Assembly (NCBI GenBank): GCA_008636045.1
Contig: SNRW01000032.1
Location: forward strand, 1-38,326
DNA from: Streblomastix strix
Taxonomy: Eukaryota
Reading direction: 5' to 3'
Length of the DNA: 38,326 nucleotides
The notes under the pieces were generated by a model. That model saw nothing but the letters and a program-made list of their open reading frames with translations, was not told the DNA's origin and did not search any database. Of the stretch, positions 35,700 to 38,326 are shown one piece after another (positions within the stretch are counted from its first letter, which is position 1; each line of letters begins with the position of its first letter). Made by a program: the position numbers and the translations under genes.

Positions 35700-38326
35700 A
35701 TTTATTTCTTAATATAAAGTTTATGGGATTCTTTAATTTTCAACTTGTCTATTTTACTTCAATTTATCTTGTTTGTTAATGTGTATGTACTTGCGGAGTG
35801 GATGAATGAAGTGAATTATCAACATAAGACTAAAGACAAGGCAAGAAAAATTTAAAATTTCATGTGAATATTTGTCTTCCATCTTGCAATTGTCATAAAT
35901 GAAAAAGTTATTTGGATTCATTAGAGAGAGATTCATTAGAGATAGATAATATTTTTGGAAATGAATGATTCTATGATTATGAAAAATCCTTCAATATATT
36001 TGTGAAAATAGGGCCAAGACAAATTTGAATGCTGACTTTTGTATAATTGCCATAATTATGTTCTTATGACAGTGCATGGCAAGACAATTTATATAGAATG
36101 TTCAATGACAGGTAAAATTAAAATTCAAAGTGAAGGATATTGCATTATGGCGCGAAAGCTGATGTTTCTCATTACTCTCGGAAAAAATGTCCCATCCTTT
36201 ACCATGTCCCATGTATGATTCTATTACATCAAATAGATTGTTTAAATGCATATCTTCTAAATATTAACCTGTTTTTATAATCTTAATCGTTTTAATCAAA
36301 TTTTAATAAGTTCATTTTACAGTTTTTACATCTTCTAATATTTTTACTTTGAAGTTCTTGGAAATGTCTATTGATGAATCGTATATGATTTCTTTCAAAT
36401 CATCAGAAGATTTTTTTACTGTCCGAGTCGATGTATCTTTGCAACGTTCTTTGAAATTGCTGATAAAATTTAAAGTTCCGTATTTTACACTTTGGAAAAC
36501 GCCTTTAGAATCGATTTATTTGAAGTTTATATAATGCATTCGATACAGATTTTAAACATAATTATTAAAAAGATTTGATTAAAATGAAGAAAGAGCGTTA
36601 GAAAAATGAAATTAGATATTTTAATTAATAAGTTATTAGAAGGATAACGAGATATGTAAATTACTAAATTCTTACGAATAATTCATCCTCATAGAAATTC
36701 AAATAAAAAATTTTGGTTAATATAATAACGATATCGATTCTATGCAATGTAAATATAAATGAGACTAATTAAAAAAATTTTTAGACTTTTTTACTTTTAT
36801 AAAAATCTCAATCAATGCAATTAAATCCTGTTTAAATAGACATATCAGTTCAAACGAAGAAAATAGGTTATCAAACAAAATAAATTACAGAAGATGCTAG
36901 AAAAGTAGAGGATGAGTAATGTTATTATTCAAGAATGAAACACAAAAAAGAACAAGAACATTTCAAGTTATCATCTAAAAGCACGTAAAAATACACTAAC
37001 AAATGAATCTAACCTGTTTTACACACTTTTATATCATACTTCAGATTTAATATGATCGAAATCAAAATATGAAAGATAATATAATTCTTGGAATATTATT
37101 TTCATTAGATTTTAGAAAGAAAATCGAGATAATTTATGAACAAAAATGGAACAACATGTAAAATGCTATTTGATGAATTAATATATTCAATGGTTTAGAA
37201 TGAATAATTTGTGAATTTTTTTCAAGTGCTGTTTCTCTAACGTGTGTTTATATTTATTAATAATAAAAAGAATTTTTTATATAAATAATTTCGAACATAT
37301 TAATCGGAAATTGAATGATATTTAACTGATACTCAACTAATCCGATTCATCTAAAGAAAAATATGAAAATGACTAATATTGCTCAAATCACTTGGATGAC
37401 ATGCGCAAAAAATTGATTTTGATCTAGTTACTGATGACGTTTAAACGGCAAGAACTTGAAATGTATTGAAAGAAAATATTGATAATTACTTCTGAGAAAA
37501 TATCATAATAAATAATGATTATTCTAAAATTCATAAGAATTTTGTACGTTTTACGTCGTTGGTCCTTTTTTTTGGAAGTATTTATGAAAATATTGATTAA
37601 AATATCAAAACCAAAAAAAATGGAATTTTATTTGTTCTTCTAACATATTTATGTATTTTTGTTTACTGAATCTTATGAGATTATCTCTAATATATGATTT
37701 AATGCAAAATATAGTTAATTATTAGAATATACTATTGATAGTTCAATTATATCGTATAAATTCATTTACATCTTTTGGAAAATCACAGTTGACAATCTTT
37801 TTTTCATGTCTATATTATTTATATAATATTTATGTATCTCAAATAATAATTGTTAAAACAATTTTATATGTTTGGATCTTCATTAAATATAAATAGTCAA
37901 ATAATAATGAACGTAAAATACGTTTTATTGAAGTTAATCAATAATTATTAATTGTTGGAAATACTTAATTTTCAATTCTGATACAAATTTAGGAAATTTT
38001 CTTGACTGCATTTCTTCTCAATTTAAAAAAATTATGAAAAATATTTGTTCATAGAATTTGTGTTAAATAAATTAGAAGAAACACAAATGAAAAAATAAAA
38101 ATCATAGAATTACTAATTGTCCCAATTTGGCAATTGAGGAATGTATATATTATATCCAACAACTTCACCTTTATTGAGTGATTACCATCAATTATTTGAA
38201 GTGATTCTTCTGGCCATTCCCCAAACAATGTTTACAATGGGGTAGCCATTTTAAAAACTGCAAAAGAAAGGATGTAGCGCAAGTACAATTTTGCCAACAA
38301 ATGTCCATCGAACAGGGACTCATACT

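Noticed and set aside
35750..37520. Eroded coding-like segments right of the helicase (candidate integrase or recombinase; KLILIQLLMTFKRQEL)
   Set aside because: No DDE or complete tyrosine recombinase motif could be read, so they cannot be assigned to the virus.
38100..38326. GC-richer segment at the window edge
   Set aside because: Probably the end of a gene or element outside the window; frame and identity not determinable.

Overview
Very AT-rich eukaryotic DNA with short GT-AG introns that uses the non-standard code TAA/TAG = Gln, with only TGA as stop. The supplied standard-code ORF track therefore fragments or misses almost every gene. The code, intron style and gene content suggest an oxymonad such as Streblomastix; this is inference, not verified. 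All translations below were done by hand. Left half (1-17.8 kb): host genes (an intact NatB auxiliary subunit NAA25/MDM20, a 105-aa two-exon gene, a ~325-aa four-exon gene, a truncated C2-domain gene), a midasin-like AAA+ fragment, a mariner relic and an old protein-primed PolB relic. Right half (~17.85-35.7 kb): a decaying endogenous Maverick/Polinton-like dsDNA virus. It carries pPolB with an HNH-like insertion, an A32-type packaging ATPase, KilA-N, candidate minor and major capsid proteins, a small amphipathic protein, two fibre-like genes and an SF3-type helicase, all read in the host code. The most unusual non-coding feature is a ~100-150 bp composite repeat ((TGCATCGAG)3 - CTTTTATAAAAAG - (TGGCCAAC)2-3) present four times, as two inverted pairs bracketing gene cassettes. 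I found no integrase, protease or terminal inverted repeats.
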